Shown: in pieces, positions 18,929-28,661 of the stretch
How positions within the stretch are numbered: the first letter of the stretch is position 1
Layout of the letters: each line of letters opens with the position of its first letter
Program-made: the position numbers and the translations under genes
Notes under the pieces: generated by a model
Seen by the model: only the letters and a program-made list of their open reading frames with translations
Told to the model about the DNA's origin: nothing
The model's database searches: none
DNA from: Candidatus Krumholzibacteriota bacterium
GTDB taxonomy: Bacteria; Krumholzibacteriota; Krumholzibacteriia; Krumholzibacteriales; Krumholzibacteriaceae
Reading direction: 5' to 3'
Length of the DNA stretch: 64,000 nucleotides
NCBI GenBank assembly: GCA_016933255.1
Contig: JAFGBF010000030.1
Location: forward strand, 3,336-67,335

Positions 18929-19858
18929 CTACCTGTTAAATATCGCGAATAAAGTCGCACTGGCCGTCAAGAGCCCTATGAGGTATCTCGGATCCGTCAC
19001 AAGAACCCTTAACGTGTTATTATCGCGCGGTATGTTTACCGTGTCATCCGGGAGGATAACAGGATTCTGCCTCGAATCTCCGTTGTTGAGGTATTTCCCG
19101 AAATCGACCTGGATCGTGATTACCTTTCCATCTACAAGATGCCTTATGATATTCACTTTCTTGAGATCCGCATTCGATTCGGGACCTCCAGCTGCAAGAA
19201 TCGCATCTGTCAAAGTCTTGTCTCCGGTAATCTTGTATGACCCCGGCCTTACCACGGATCCTATGACTCGTACGGATCCGTCTCCGGTATACTGCACCGA
19301 TGCAGCAGGAATAATGACTGTGTCTCCCGGCCTCAATTCCGGCAGGGAATCGAAATTACCGTTCTCAAGGACCTCCTGAAGATTCACGATCAGGGTCCTT
19401 CGTCCTTCTTCCCCCGCACGTATGATCCTGACCGTCTCCAATGAAGCGAGAGCAGTAGCTCCGCCGGCTTCACGAACAGCTTCCCAGACGCTTGGATTTG
19501 ATTTGAACTCATATTTTCCAGGATTAAGCACCTCTCCATGGATATAGATCAGACGTCTCGATTCCTCCCCGACCAGAACGATCGATATAGTCTTGACACT
19601 TGGATAAAGGCCCTGAATCCTTGCAAGGACAAGCGCTTCGACTTCCTGGATCGTCATACCCGAAACAGCCAGCTCTCCGATGACAGGTATCGAGATCCGT
19701 CCATGCGAATCGACCAGCAGCCTTCTCTCAAGGCCGGGCCTTCCAGGAACAATAAGATCTATCCTGTCGCCTTCTTCCAGCCGTATTTCCTGCGCCGAAA
19801 GAGGAAGATCGAAAAGGAATAACAGAACCACCAGCAGAAAGACTGAATTGTAATTCAT
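18929..19858 (-). CDS. Polysaccharide export protein (Wza/OPX, Poly_export plus 2 SLBB)
   Basis: GDRIDL..VDSHGRISIPVIGEL, GEVLNPGKY, AGG, LRPGDTVIIP, LPDDTVNIP; start ATG 19858. Confidence 0.88.
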   Translation of the reverse strand: MNYNSVFLLVVLLFLFDLPLSAQEIRLEEGDRIDLIVPGRPGLERRLLVDSHGRISIPVIGELAVSGMTIQEVEALVLARIQGLYPSVKTISIVLVGEESRRLIYIHGEVLNPGKYEFKSNPSVWEAVREAGGATALASLETVRIIRAGEEGRRTLIVNLQEVLENGNFDSLPELRPGDTVIIPAASVQYTGDGSVRVIGSVVRPGSYKITGDKTLTDAILAAGGPESNADLKKVNIIRHLVDGKVITIQVDFGKYLNNGDSRQNPVILPDDTVNIPRDNNTLRVLVTDPRYLIGLLTASATLFAIFNR

Positions 19859-19940
19859 TTTTTTGATTTTAACCGCCTCCTTTATCGTTGAGCCTAGAAT
19901 ATTATCTTTCCTCAGCTCTCCAGTAAAGGAAAAACAGAGA

Positions 19941-20876
19941 CTATGCACCTTTTCGATACCAATCCACAGTCCTCTTCAACCCCTCCTCAAAGGGAACTTC
20001 TACAGAATAGTCGAAAAGATCTTCAGCCATTGTGATATCAGCATGAGAATGCTTTACGTCTCCAGGGCGAGTCTCTGCATAGACAGGATCGATATCGACA
20101 CCTATTAACCTGCTCAGCATCGAATAGAGTTCGTTGAGAGTGTATTTGCCCCCGCAGGCGACATTTATCATCTGTCCCGAAGCTTTGCCGCATTTTGATG
20201 CCGCGATATTCGCATTAACAACATTTTTTACATAGGTGAAATCACGGCTCTGCTTTCCATCTCCATATATCGTAGGGGCCTTTCCTTTCAGAAGATGGGA
20301 TATAAAAATGGGTATAACGGCTGCATACTGGGATGCAGGATCCTGTTTAGGGCCAAAGACATTGAAATATCTCATGCTTATCGTGGGGAGTCCGTAAACC
20401 TGGGAATAGACAGAACAATAATATTCCCCCACCAGTTTTGTGACGGCATACGGCGAAAGCGGGTGAGGAAGGATATCCTCAGTCTTGGGAAGTTGTTCGG
20501 TCTCACCATATGCAGAAGAAGACGCCGCGTAGACGAGGCTCTTTACACCCGCATTCTTCGCTTCTTCAAGCACGGTAAGCGTTCCATTTATGTTGACATC
20601 GTTGACAAGAACAGGATCATCGATGCTTCTGGGCACTGAAGCAAGCGCAGCCTGATGGAGGACATGGTCAATACCTCTCATCGCGGCACGGACCTCATCG
20701 GATCTGCGTATATCACCCTTAATAAATTCTATTTCTGAGCCGAACCCTTCGAGGTTCTTCTCGTGCCCGGTAGAAAGATCATCAAAAACAACCACATCCT
20801 CGCCTCTGGCAACCAGTTCTCCGACGATGTTAGATCCGATGAATCCGGCTCCTCCCGTAACCAGATATTTTGCCAT
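19941..20876 (-). CDS. NAD-dependent UDP-sugar 4-epimerase (WbpP-like SDR)
   Basis: TGGAGFIGS, HQAALASVPRSI, SPYAVTK, RYFNVFGP; start ATG 20876. Confidence 0.92.
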   Translation of the reverse strand: MAKYLVTGGAGFIGSNIVGELVARGEDVVVFDDLSTGHEKNLEGFGSEIEFIKGDIRRSDEVRAAMRGIDHVLHQAALASVPRSIDDPVLVNDVNINGTLTVLEEAKNAGVKSLVYAASSSAYGETEQLPKTEDILPHPLSPYAVTKLVGEYYCSVYSQVYGLPTISMRYFNVFGPKQDPASQYAAVIPIFISHLLKGKAPTIYGDGKQSRDFTYVKNVVNANIAASKCGKASGQMINVACGGKYTLNELYSMLSRLIGVDIDPVYAETRPGDVKHSHADITMAEDLFDYSVEVPFEEGLKRTVDWYRKGA

Positions 20877-20903
20877 CCTGCCTCCGTTCCACAGCAGCTT
20901 CAA

Positions 20904-22199
20904 TTACAGCCTTACAATATTTTTTTCCTTATAGTCTTTGAGGACGTTCCTCGAATCGAAGATGAGAGGACAGTTTTCAACCAGTCTTTTATAATCAACG
21001 GAGGAATGCCCCGTAACTATGATCGCGCAATCCATCTCACTTATCTTTTCAGGTTCGAATTCCAGTTTCTTCACGTCCTTCCCTACTTCTCCGAGTTGCT
21101 CGACAAAAGGATCATACCAGAAGACCTCTGAACCTCTGTTCTTAAGTAGTTTTATGATATCGTACGCCGGCGATTCACGCGTATCATCGATATCTTGCTT
21201 GTAAGAGATGCCGACTACAAGGACTTTAGCCCCATTCATGCACATCTTTACCGAATTCATCGCATCTGAGACGCGGACCACCACCTGAAGGGGCATATCC
21301 CCGTTTATCATTCCGGCCAGTTCTATGAACCGTGCATCGAAGCCGCTCTGTTTTGCTTTCCAGGAAAGATAAAATGGGTCGATCGGTATGCAATGGCCTC
21401 CCAGTCCAGGCCCCGGATAGAACGGCATAAATCCAAAAGGTTTCGTTGCTGCTGCATCTATCACTTCCCAGACATTGATTCCCATCCTGTTGCACATAAG
21501 TGCGATTTCGTTTACAAGACCGATATTTACGCTCCTGAATGTGTTCTCCAGAAGTTTGACTGTTTCCGCGACCTTTGATGAATTAACAGGAACCGGAGAC
21601 ATGCCTGCAGCCTGGTAGAGCAGCACGGCAAGTTCAGTGCATTCCGGTGTTACTCCGCCTACTACCTTTGGAATATTCCTGGTATTGTACTTTTTATTAC
21701 CGGGATCCACCCGTTCAGGAGAAAAGGCGAGGAAGAAATCTTTTCCGACCTTCAACCCTTTCCCCTCGAGAATAGGCATCATCACTTCTTCCGTGGTACC
21801 GGGGTAGGTCGTACTTTCAAGAATTATCAATTGTTCCTTCTGGATATACTTTTTTATCTCTTTAAGAGCAGCGACGATATAGGAGATATCCGGATCTTTC
21901 GTCTTCCGGAGAGGAGTGGGTACCGCTATGTTTATCGTATCAACCTTCTCAAGAACCGAAAAATCCGTGACAGCCCTCAACTTTCCGCTTGTCACCACAT
22001 CGTTTAAATCGGAACTTGTCACATCCCCGATATAGCTTATGCCGGAATTGACTTTATCGACCTTTTTCTGATCGATATCGATCCCGATCGTATCCAGCCC
22101 CGCCTTGCTGAATTCGACTGCGAGGGGCAAACCCACATAACCAAGACCAATGACAGACTGGACCGCAGTCCTGTTCAGCAGCTTTTCTTTAAGTCCCAA
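20904..22199 (-). CDS. UDP-N-acetylhexosamine 6-dehydrogenase (WbpA/WecC-like)
   Basis: GLGYVGLPLA, ESTTYPGTT, SPERVDPG, KLLENTFR, GGHCIPIDP. Confidence 0.93.
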   Translation of the reverse strand: MGLKEKLLNRTAVQSVIGLGYVGLPLAVEFSKAGLDTIGIDIDQKKVDKVNSGISYIGDVTSSDLNDVVTSGKLRAVTDFSVLEKVDTINIAVPTPLRKTKDPDISYIVAALKEIKKYIQKEQLIILESTTYPGTTEEVMMPILEGKGLKVGKDFFLAFSPERVDPGNKKYNTRNIPKVVGGVTPECTELAVLLYQAAGMSPVPVNSSKVAETVKLLENTFRSVNIGLVNEIALMCNRMGINVWEVIDAAATKPFGFMPFYPGPGLGGHCIPIDPFYLSWKAKQSGFDARFIELAGMINGDMPLQVVVRVSDAMNSVKMCMNGAKVLVVGISYKQDIDDTRESPAYDIIKLLKNRGSEVFWYDPFVEQLGEVGKDVKKLEFEPEKISEMDCAIIVTGHSSVDYKRLVENCPLIFDSRNVLKDYKEKNIVRL

Positions 22200-22265
22200 T
22201 TCCGACTCCTTTCAAAAGTCATTATCAGGGGAAGTATAACAAAACGGAAGTAAAGATAAAAGGTC

Positions 22266-23315
22266 TCAAATATTTCTCATACATTTTAGTTCCGTGAAGC
22301 TTTTTATTGTATTTTTTCCCTCGGATTTTGCCCAGTAGAGCGCAGCATCCGCCCTTTCTATGAGCTGTTCCACGCCCAGTGCTTCATCAGGGTAAATGGC
22401 GACTCCCAGGCTGCAGGTCAACAGTCCGGGGTGTACCCTGTCAAATTTAAACAGGTTTATCGCTTCCAGCACCCTTTCCCCAAGGCTCAAAGCGCCTTCC
22501 AGGCTGGTCTGGGGCAAAAGGATGGCAAACTCATCACCGCCATACTTGGCGACAACGTCTATGTCGCGGCAGTTCGATCTGAGTATCGCGGCGATATCGG
22601 TCAATGCCTTGCTCCCGGAAAGATGACCGTTATTATCGTTGTAATCCTTAAGGTTATCCACATCCATCATTATAAAGGAAAAGGTCTGGTTGAAACGAGC
22701 AGACCTTTTTATCTCAAGATTGATCGACCTGATAAGGTGCCTGTAGTTATATATCCCCGTAAGACCGTCGGTGATAGATTCAAGTTTGAGCTTCTTGTAC
22801 AGGAGGTAATTTTCGAATGCGATTGCAGCCTGATTAGCCATAATATTCAGCAGATGAATATCATCTTCCGTAAAGCTTCTGCGATTCGGATCATTTATGG
22901 CTACTATCACTCCCAGTAGCGCGCTTTTAGCCATCAATGGGGATGAGATGACCGTGCTGCAATGCTCCTCATCCTGGACCAGTTCTCTGGCAATAAGAGA
23001 AAGGTCAAGATCAAAAATACTGCCATTTACCTTGGAGTCTTCAAATTCCCTGTGGAGCCATCTTCTAATCCCTGCGGACTCAGGGAAATCCTGAACACTG
23101 ACCGTATACTTGCCATCTTTCAGCTCTCCTGAATATTTGACTACTTTCTGATCTTCCATAAAGATCATGTATATCTTGCTTGAAGGCAGAAGCTTGACGG
23201 CGTTGTAAATTATCTTATTAAAAATCACACGATTATCTTTACCAAGACTGATCAGGCTCGTGATCTCGGCGAAGGTGCTGAAAAGGATCTCTTTTTCGTT
23301 TACATTATCTTGCAT
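22266..23315 (-). CDS. GAF-domain diguanylate cyclase
   Basis: TDGLTGIYN, DVDNLKDYND..GHLSG, I-site RDID followed by KYGGDEF. Confidence 0.92.
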   Translation of the reverse strand: MQDNVNEKEILFSTFAEITSLISLGKDNRVIFNKIIYNAVKLLPSSKIYMIFMEDQKVVKYSGELKDGKYTVSVQDFPESAGIRRWLHREFEDSKVNGSIFDLDLSLIARELVQDEEHCSTVISSPLMAKSALLGVIVAINDPNRRSFTEDDIHLLNIMANQAAIAFENYLLYKKLKLESITDGLTGIYNYRHLIRSINLEIKRSARFNQTFSFIMMDVDNLKDYNDNNGHLSGSKALTDIAAILRSNCRDIDVVAKYGGDEFAILLPQTSLEGALSLGERVLEAINLFKFDRVHPGLLTCSLGVAIYPDEALGVEQLIERADAALYWAKSEGKNTIKSFTELKCMRNI

Positions 23316-23350
23316 AGTATTACCAAAACGTAAATTACGGAGACATTAGA

Positions 23351-23367
23351 CGCAAAAGATATGCCAT
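23351..23367 (-). promoter_or_regulatory. sigma54 (-24/-12) promoter for the diguanylate cyclase
   Basis: ATGGCATATCTTTTGCG = GG-N10-GC, about 35 bp upstream of the start. Confidence 0.7.
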
Positions 23368-23441
23368 GGAAAAATAAAAGACGTCAGATGAGAGATGTAA
23401 ACCGGAGACAGGGGAAGGAATGAACCGGTCTGACTGATACT

Positions 23442-23750
23442 TCATTCATGCAGATTCTTATATTCTTCTCTTAAACCCTTGATATTTTTAAGGATATAAT
23501 ATATCAAGGCCACTATCATAATGAGGATGAGAAGTGGCAATGAGTATCTCAAATACTGCGAATTGTCTTTGAACTTCGCAGAGAAAACTACTATCGAAGT
23601 CTTCAAAAGTACAAAAAGAAATCCAAGAAGGATGATTTTTACCAATAAAACAGTTATCGATGAATAAAAATACTCTCTTTTTCTTTTGGCCGTGTACCGT
23701 ATGGAAGATTTAAATCTTCTGCGGTCAGGCCGTCTCCTCTGCAGAATCAT
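23442..23750 (-). CDS. Hypothetical 2-TM membrane protein with Arg-rich N-terminus
   Basis: AGGGAG RBS; RRRPDRRR N-terminus, two hydrophobic helices. Confidence 0.6.
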   Translation of the reverse strand: MILQRRRPDRRRFKSSIRYTAKRKREYFYSSITVLLVKIILLGFLFVLLKTSIVVFSAKFKDNSQYLRYSLPLLILIMIVALIYYILKNIKGLREEYKNLHE

Positions 23751-23795
23751 CTCTCATCTCCCCTGACGATCGCCCCCGGGTTTTGCCGCTCTGTG

Positions 23796-23987
23796 CTATT
23801 TGAGATCCTCAAAGTCTGCATCCTCTATCTTCTGATCGGTCTTATCACTGTAGTCGGGCGATTCGTGATAGTTTCTCTCCTGAGTCCCGACGTCTCTCCT
23901 CTTCTTCGCCGAGAGGAAAGCTCTTCCGATGATCTTCAAAAGATAGTAGATCAGCGCAAATATTAATAAGAATCTTAAGAAAACCAT
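23796..23987 (-). CDS. Small membrane protein (DUF4834-like)
   Basis: LRFLLIFALIYYLLK N-terminus and IEDADFEDLK C-terminus. Confidence 0.65.
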   Translation of the reverse strand: MVFLRFLLIFALIYYLLKIIGRAFLSAKKRRDVGTQERNYHESPDYSDKTDQKIEDADFEDLK

Positions 23988-24062
23988 ACTGTCCCCCCGG
24001 CCCCGGCCATCTTATTCTCAGGAAAAAAGAACGCCACGATCTTTTCGTATAACTTTCCTGTA

Positions 24063-24098
24063 TCTCCGCAACCCGGAGATCTGACCGGGTTGCGGAGA
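24063..24098 (-). terminator. Stem-loop downstream of tRNA-Arg (terminator or processing signal)
   Basis: Perfect 14-bp stem TCTCCGCAACCCGG / CCGGGTTGCGGAGA; no clear U tract. Confidence 0.55.
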
Positions 24099-24104
24099 GT
24101 AAAG

Positions 24105-24178
24105 CACGCCCGAGAGGATTCGAACCTCCGACTCCCAGCTCCGGAGGCTGGTGCTCTATCCAGCTGAGCTACGGGCGC
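24105..24178 (-). tRNA. tRNA-Arg(CCG), CCA not encoded
   Basis: GCGCCCGTAGCTCAGCTGGATAGAGCACCAGCCT-CCG-GAGCTGGGAGTCGGAGGTTCGAATCCTCTCGGGCGTG cloverleaf. Confidence 0.96.
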
Positions 24179-25862
24179 TTTTCCCATCATCAAGAAGTTC
24201 CGAAGCGAGTTTCTCTCTCAAGTCTCCTTTTCCCCCAAGCATTCTTGCAATTTCAATTTTTCTTCCCTGCGTATCAAGAACTGATGCCTTTGTTACGGTC
24301 CTTTTATCATGAACGATCTTGCTTATGAGAATATGCTGATTCCCTGCTGCGGCGACCTGTGGAAGATGGGTTATGCATACAATCTGATATTTCTCCGAAA
24401 GTTCTTTCATCTTCTCAGCCACTACGGCGCCCAGATCAGCTCCCAGCCCCGAATCCACTTCATCGAAGATCAGGGTGGGGATACCTTTTTTCCTCACCAG
24501 AAGCTTCTTCATTATCAGAGTGATCCGGGATAATTCCCCCCCAGAAGCAACATCTGACAACGGATGTATTTCCTCACCGACATTTGTCCTGATCATAAAC
24601 TCCACCCTGTCCCAGCCTCCAGGATGTAAATCTAGCTCATCCGCATCATCCATCAAAGCCTTTATTTCTACCTTTTTAATATCAGTTTTAAAGAGAGCTC
24701 CCTTCATCCCGAGCCCCTGCAATTCCTTGGTTATTTCCCTGTCTATCTCGGCGGCGTGCTTTTTCCTTTCTGAGGAAAGCCTTTCAAGCAGCGGAATGAT
24801 TTCTTTTTTTGATTTTTCGATAGCTTTCGATGCTTCCGCAATTTCGTCAGATCCATCTTCCATAGATCTGAGAACAGCCCTGAGTTCCTCACGTTTCTTT
24901 ACAAGATCTGAGCACTCCATGCCGAATTTTCTTTTTGCCCCCTGAATAGAAGCCAGAAGGTTCTGCAGTTCTTCGAGGTCTTCAGACTCGATATCATCAT
25001 CCGAAACGACATTATCGACGCTTCGGCCGATCTCCCCGAGAGATATGATCATCTCCCCGATCTGTTCTGCTGATTCCGTCCAGCTCTGATCGATATCGGC
25101 AAGCCGATTCAGCAGTTTTTCAACAAGAGTCAGTTTTTCCAGTACTGAACCGTCTTCCTCGGAGAGAAGTGATTTTACTTCTTCGACAGATCTCGCGTAA
25201 TGATGCATATTCTGCAGTTTTTTTATCCTTGTTGAAAGATCCTTGTCGATTTCAGGCTCCAACCCCAGGTTATCCAGTTCACGCAATTGAAACCTGAAGA
25301 AATCCTCTCTTTCACGGTTTTCTTTCTCGTTACTGCGCAACTCGTTAAGTCTCTTCCAGTTATCTCTATACCGTTCGATTGCCTGATTACACTCATCGAG
25401 CAATTTCGTGTAAGCCCCAGATCCGTCGAGTCTGAATATGTGTTTTGAAGGATCGAGAAGCTCCTGGTGGCGATGCTGCCCGTGCAGTTCTAACAGCAAA
25501 GAAGTAAGTTTTTTCGCCTCCTGGGTCGAGGATGCCTGATTGTTGATCCAGATCCTGCTTCTTCCATCTGACTTTAATTCCCGTTTTATCGAGACTGTCG
25601 CTTCTATCGGGCTTATCATATCTGAAAGCTCATTCCCGGGTGAAATCCCCTCCAACCTGAAGATCCCTTCGACAGTCATACTTTCAGCATCCTTGCGAAG
25701 AAGAGATCTTTTTGCTCTTCCTCCGGATAAGAGATCCACAGCTGTAAGGATTATAGATTTTCCCGCACCGGTAGAACCGGTCATCACATTCAATCCGTGA
25801 TCAAATCTTATGACCGCGTCCTCAACTACCGCCAGATTCCGGATAAGCAGCTCTTGAAGCAT
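24156..25862 (-). CDS. recN: DNA repair protein RecN
   Basis: GSTGAGKS, ELHGQH, ASGGELSR, LIFDEVDSG, CITHLPQVAA. Confidence 0.97.
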   Translation of the reverse strand: MLQELLIRNLAVVEDAVIRFDHGLNVMTGSTGAGKSIILTAVDLLSGGRAKRSLLRKDAESMTVEGIFRLEGISPGNELSDMISPIEATVSIKRELKSDGRSRIWINNQASSTQEAKKLTSLLLELHGQHRHQELLDPSKHIFRLDGSGAYTKLLDECNQAIERYRDNWKRLNELRSNEKENREREDFFRFQLRELDNLGLEPEIDKDLSTRIKKLQNMHHYARSVEEVKSLLSEEDGSVLEKLTLVEKLLNRLADIDQSWTESAEQIGEMIISLGEIGRSVDNVVSDDDIESEDLEELQNLLASIQGAKRKFGMECSDLVKKREELRAVLRSMEDGSDEIAEASKAIEKSKKEIIPLLERLSSERKKHAAEIDREITKELQGLGMKGALFKTDIKKVEIKALMDDADELDLHPGGWDRVEFMIRTNVGEEIHPLSDVASGGELSRITLIMKKLLVRKKGIPTLIFDEVDSGLGADLGAVVAEKMKELSEKYQIVCITHLPQVAAAGNQHILISKIVHDKRTVTKASVLDTQGRKIEIARMLGGKGDLREKLASELLDDGKSARSSAG

Positions 25863-25877
25863 TCCCGCGTCCCTCCA

Positions 25878-26738
25878 TCAGTGCTTCCGAAGCACGCCAC
25901 CCCATTTGAGTTTCTTTCTCACAAGTTCATAGAAATTATAACTCCGGCGAGTCACAAGTTTTGTGACTTTTTCACTTTTTTTAACGGATATTTTCTCTCC
26001 GGTATCGAGGCTGCACACCTTCTGACCGTCTATGGTAAGCATTGTATCCTGATCTTTCTCGACAACTTCTATTTCCAGAGATTCAAGGCTGCTCACGACT
26101 ACCGGCCGCACAGAAAGGGAATGGGGACAAAGTGGAGTGATTATCATACTCTGCATCGTCACGGGATTGATTATCGGTCCGCCTGCGGCAAGAGAATAAG
26201 CGGTCGATCCGGTAGGAGTGGCTATTATTACTCCGTCGGCGAGATACTCTCCCACCACGGTACCGTCAAGCGAAGTCCTCAAATGAATTACCCTTGAGAG
26301 TCCCGCGCCGTGAAGGACAATATCATTAAGCGCTGAAAATCTCTTGTCAGCTTTATTCTTACTTGAAAAAGAGACATCCAGCCTCATCCTGTCCTGAATA
26401 ATATAGTCGCCCTCGAACAACTCCCTGACAGCACCTTCAGGATCGTCTTCCGTCAGAAAACCCAGACTGCGTATTTTGACTCCCATAATCGGAATCTCTT
26501 CTTTTTCAACAAGCCTGGCCGCACGAAGAAGGGTCCCGTCCCCGCCGAGAGAGATCACGATGTCGCAATTTTTGTACGAATCGACAAAACCTACCCTATC
26601 GGAAGATACAAATCCGGAGATCTCCTCCATCCCGACTATATCGACGTCGCCCGGAACAAGTTCAATGATCTTGTTAAGGATATCACCAATATCCGCCTTA
26701 AAAATATTTACAGCAAGCCCGAGTCTCCTGATTTTCAT
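25878..26738 (-). CDS. nadK: NAD(+) kinase
   Basis: SLGGDGTLL, ALND, ADGVIIATPTGSTAYSLAAGGP. Confidence 0.96.
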   Translation of the reverse strand: MKIRRLGLAVNIFKADIGDILNKIIELVPGDVDIVGMEEISGFVSSDRVGFVDSYKNCDIVISLGGDGTLLRAARLVEKEEIPIMGVKIRSLGFLTEDDPEGAVRELFEGDYIIQDRMRLDVSFSSKNKADKRFSALNDIVLHGAGLSRVIHLRTSLDGTVVGEYLADGVIIATPTGSTAYSLAAGGPIINPVTMQSMIITPLCPHSLSVRPVVVSSLESLEIEVVEKDQDTMLTIDGQKVCSLDTGEKISVKKSEKVTKLVTRRSYNFYELVRKKLKWGGVLRKH

Positions 26739-26740
26739 CT

Positions 26741-28648
26741 CTATCCTCCGCCATCGGCTGGATCCGCAGAATCCAGTTCCTTCATGATCGTTTCGGCTAC
26801 TGAAACGGCGTCGAGACCCGTTTCTTCGAGCAGTTCTTCTCTGATCCCGTGAGGAACGAACTTATCCCGGATTCCCAGTTTTACCACTCGGACCCTGCTT
26901 CTGCCGGAAGAAAGGACTTCCCTGACAGCATCACCGAATCCGCCGTTTATTACATTCTCTTCCAGGGTAAATACTGTTTTTTTTCCTTTCGACGCTTCAT
27001 TTATCAGAGTACGGTCGATCGGTTTGACGAATCTTGAATTTACTACCTGTATCTTTATCCCCTTGTCAGAAAGGATATCCGCTGCCGAAACCGCTGTTCC
27101 CGCCATAACTCCTATCGCGAATATCACAGAAGCATCGCCATTCCTTAAAACAGTACCTTTTCCGATTTCAACAGGAAGAACAGGTTCCTCGATCACTATT
27201 CCTTCGGCACTGCCCCGCGGAAAACGCAGCATGACAGGACCGGCATCATGCAGGGCCATAGAATAAAGCATACGGCACATGTCGTTCTCATCAGCCGGAG
27301 CCATAATAGTCATTCCCGGCACAAGACTCATATAGCTCAGATCGAAATTACCGTGATGCGTTGGTCCATCCTCGCCGACGATACCCGCCCGGTCAAGGAC
27401 GAATCTCACCGGCAATCTCTGAAGAGCTACATCATGAAGTATCTGATCGAAGCTCCTCTGCAGAAAAGTCGAATAGATCACAACAAACGGTTTATATCCT
27501 TCCTTTGCGAGTCCTGCCGCAAAAGTCACCGCGTGAGGCTCACTTATTCCGACATCGAAGAATCTGTCTGGAAATTCCTTCGCAAAGCAGGAGAGTCCTG
27601 TCCCCTCTTTCATCGCAGCGGTGATCGCAACGATCTTATCGTCTTTTCGTGCCAGATCGGAAAGTGTCCTGCCGAATATTTTGCTGTATTTTTCTGTTTT
27701 CGAAACACTCTTGGAGTTACCTGTCGCCTTGTAAAAACTCCCGATCCCGTGAAATTTTTCGGCATCTTTCTCGGCGAAATGATACCCTTTACCCTTTGTT
27801 GTGATGACGTGGACGAGAACAGGACCTGGCAATTGATGGAGGTGCGAAAAAGTATCTACAAGTTCCGAGAGATCGTGCCCATTCAGCGGACCGAGATAGC
27901 GGAATCCGAGTTCCTCGAACAGGATGGTGGGGACAACGAGATTCTTTATGCTTTCTTTTATGCGGCTGGCGAGCTTGCGTACTTTCCCGCCATGAGCAGG
28001 TATCTTTCCCAAAAGTTCCCATACATCGGACTCCAGCTGAAGATAAGGCTTCTTCGTTGTTATCTTTGTCAGATACTTTGCAAGCGCCCCGACATTTCGG
28101 GATATCGACATCTCGTTATCATTGAGAATAATGACAAATTTGTTTTTCTTCAGATGGCCCGCGTGATTGATCCCTTCCTGTGAAAGGCCTCCTGAAATCG
28201 CACCGTCGCCGACAACGCTTATAACAAAATTATCTTCACCTCTCAGGTCTCTTGCGACTGCAAATCCGAGAGCGGCCGAAATAGCGGTACAGGCATGCCC
28301 CACTCCGAAAGAATCATGAATGTTTTCATGAATATTTGGAAATCCCGATATCCCGCCCCTGGTCCTCAGGCTCTCAAAAGCTTTTCTTCGACCAGTCAGT
28401 ATTTTATGCGTATAACTCTGATGACCGACATCCCATACGATCTTGTCGGATGGAGAATTGAAAATGTAGTGCAGAGCGAGGGTGATCTCGACGGTTCCAA
28501 GACTTGAAGCCAGATGTCCGCCTCTATGCGATACTATCTCAACTATATATTTTCGTATCTCTTCAGCGAGGATTTCGAGTTCGGCGACCGAAAGACGCTT
28601 TATATCTGCCGGAGTGTCTATATTCTTCAGAATAGATGTATTTTCCAA
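26741..28648 (-). CDS. dxs: 1-deoxy-D-xylulose-5-phosphate synthase
   Basis: GGHLASSLG, WDVGHQSY, GDGAISGG, LNDNEMSI, DGPTHHG; TTG start 28648. Confidence 0.97.
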   Translation of the reverse strand: MENTSILKNIDTPADIKRLSVAELEILAEEIRKYIVEIVSHRGGHLASSLGTVEITLALHYIFNSPSDKIVWDVGHQSYTHKILTGRRKAFESLRTRGGISGFPNIHENIHDSFGVGHACTAISAALGFAVARDLRGEDNFVISVVGDGAISGGLSQEGINHAGHLKKNKFVIILNDNEMSISRNVGALAKYLTKITTKKPYLQLESDVWELLGKIPAHGGKVRKLASRIKESIKNLVVPTILFEELGFRYLGPLNGHDLSELVDTFSHLHQLPGPVLVHVITTKGKGYHFAEKDAEKFHGIGSFYKATGNSKSVSKTEKYSKIFGRTLSDLARKDDKIVAITAAMKEGTGLSCFAKEFPDRFFDVGISEPHAVTFAAGLAKEGYKPFVVIYSTFLQRSFDQILHDVALQRLPVRFVLDRAGIVGEDGPTHHGNFDLSYMSLVPGMTIMAPADENDMCRMLYSMALHDAGPVMLRFPRGSAEGIVIEEPVLPVEIGKGTVLRNGDASVIFAIGVMAGTAVSAADILSDKGIKIQVVNSRFVKPIDRTLINEASKGKKTVFTLEENVINGGFGDAVREVLSSGRSRVRVVKLGIRDKFVPHGIREELLEETGLDAVSVAETIMKELDSADPADGGG

Positions 28649-28661
28649 AACCAACTCTCTT

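Noticed and set aside
22266-24105. Genomic island integrated at tRNA-Arg or at the other tRNAs
   Set aside because: No integrase and no duplicated tRNA 3' end found by eye
23975-24193. 72-aa ORF MMMGKAPVAQLDRAPASGAGSRRFES
   Set aside because: It is a translation of tRNA-Arg
27248-28183. 311-aa plus-strand ORF
   Set aside because: Entirely antisense to dxs, with no motifs or RBS
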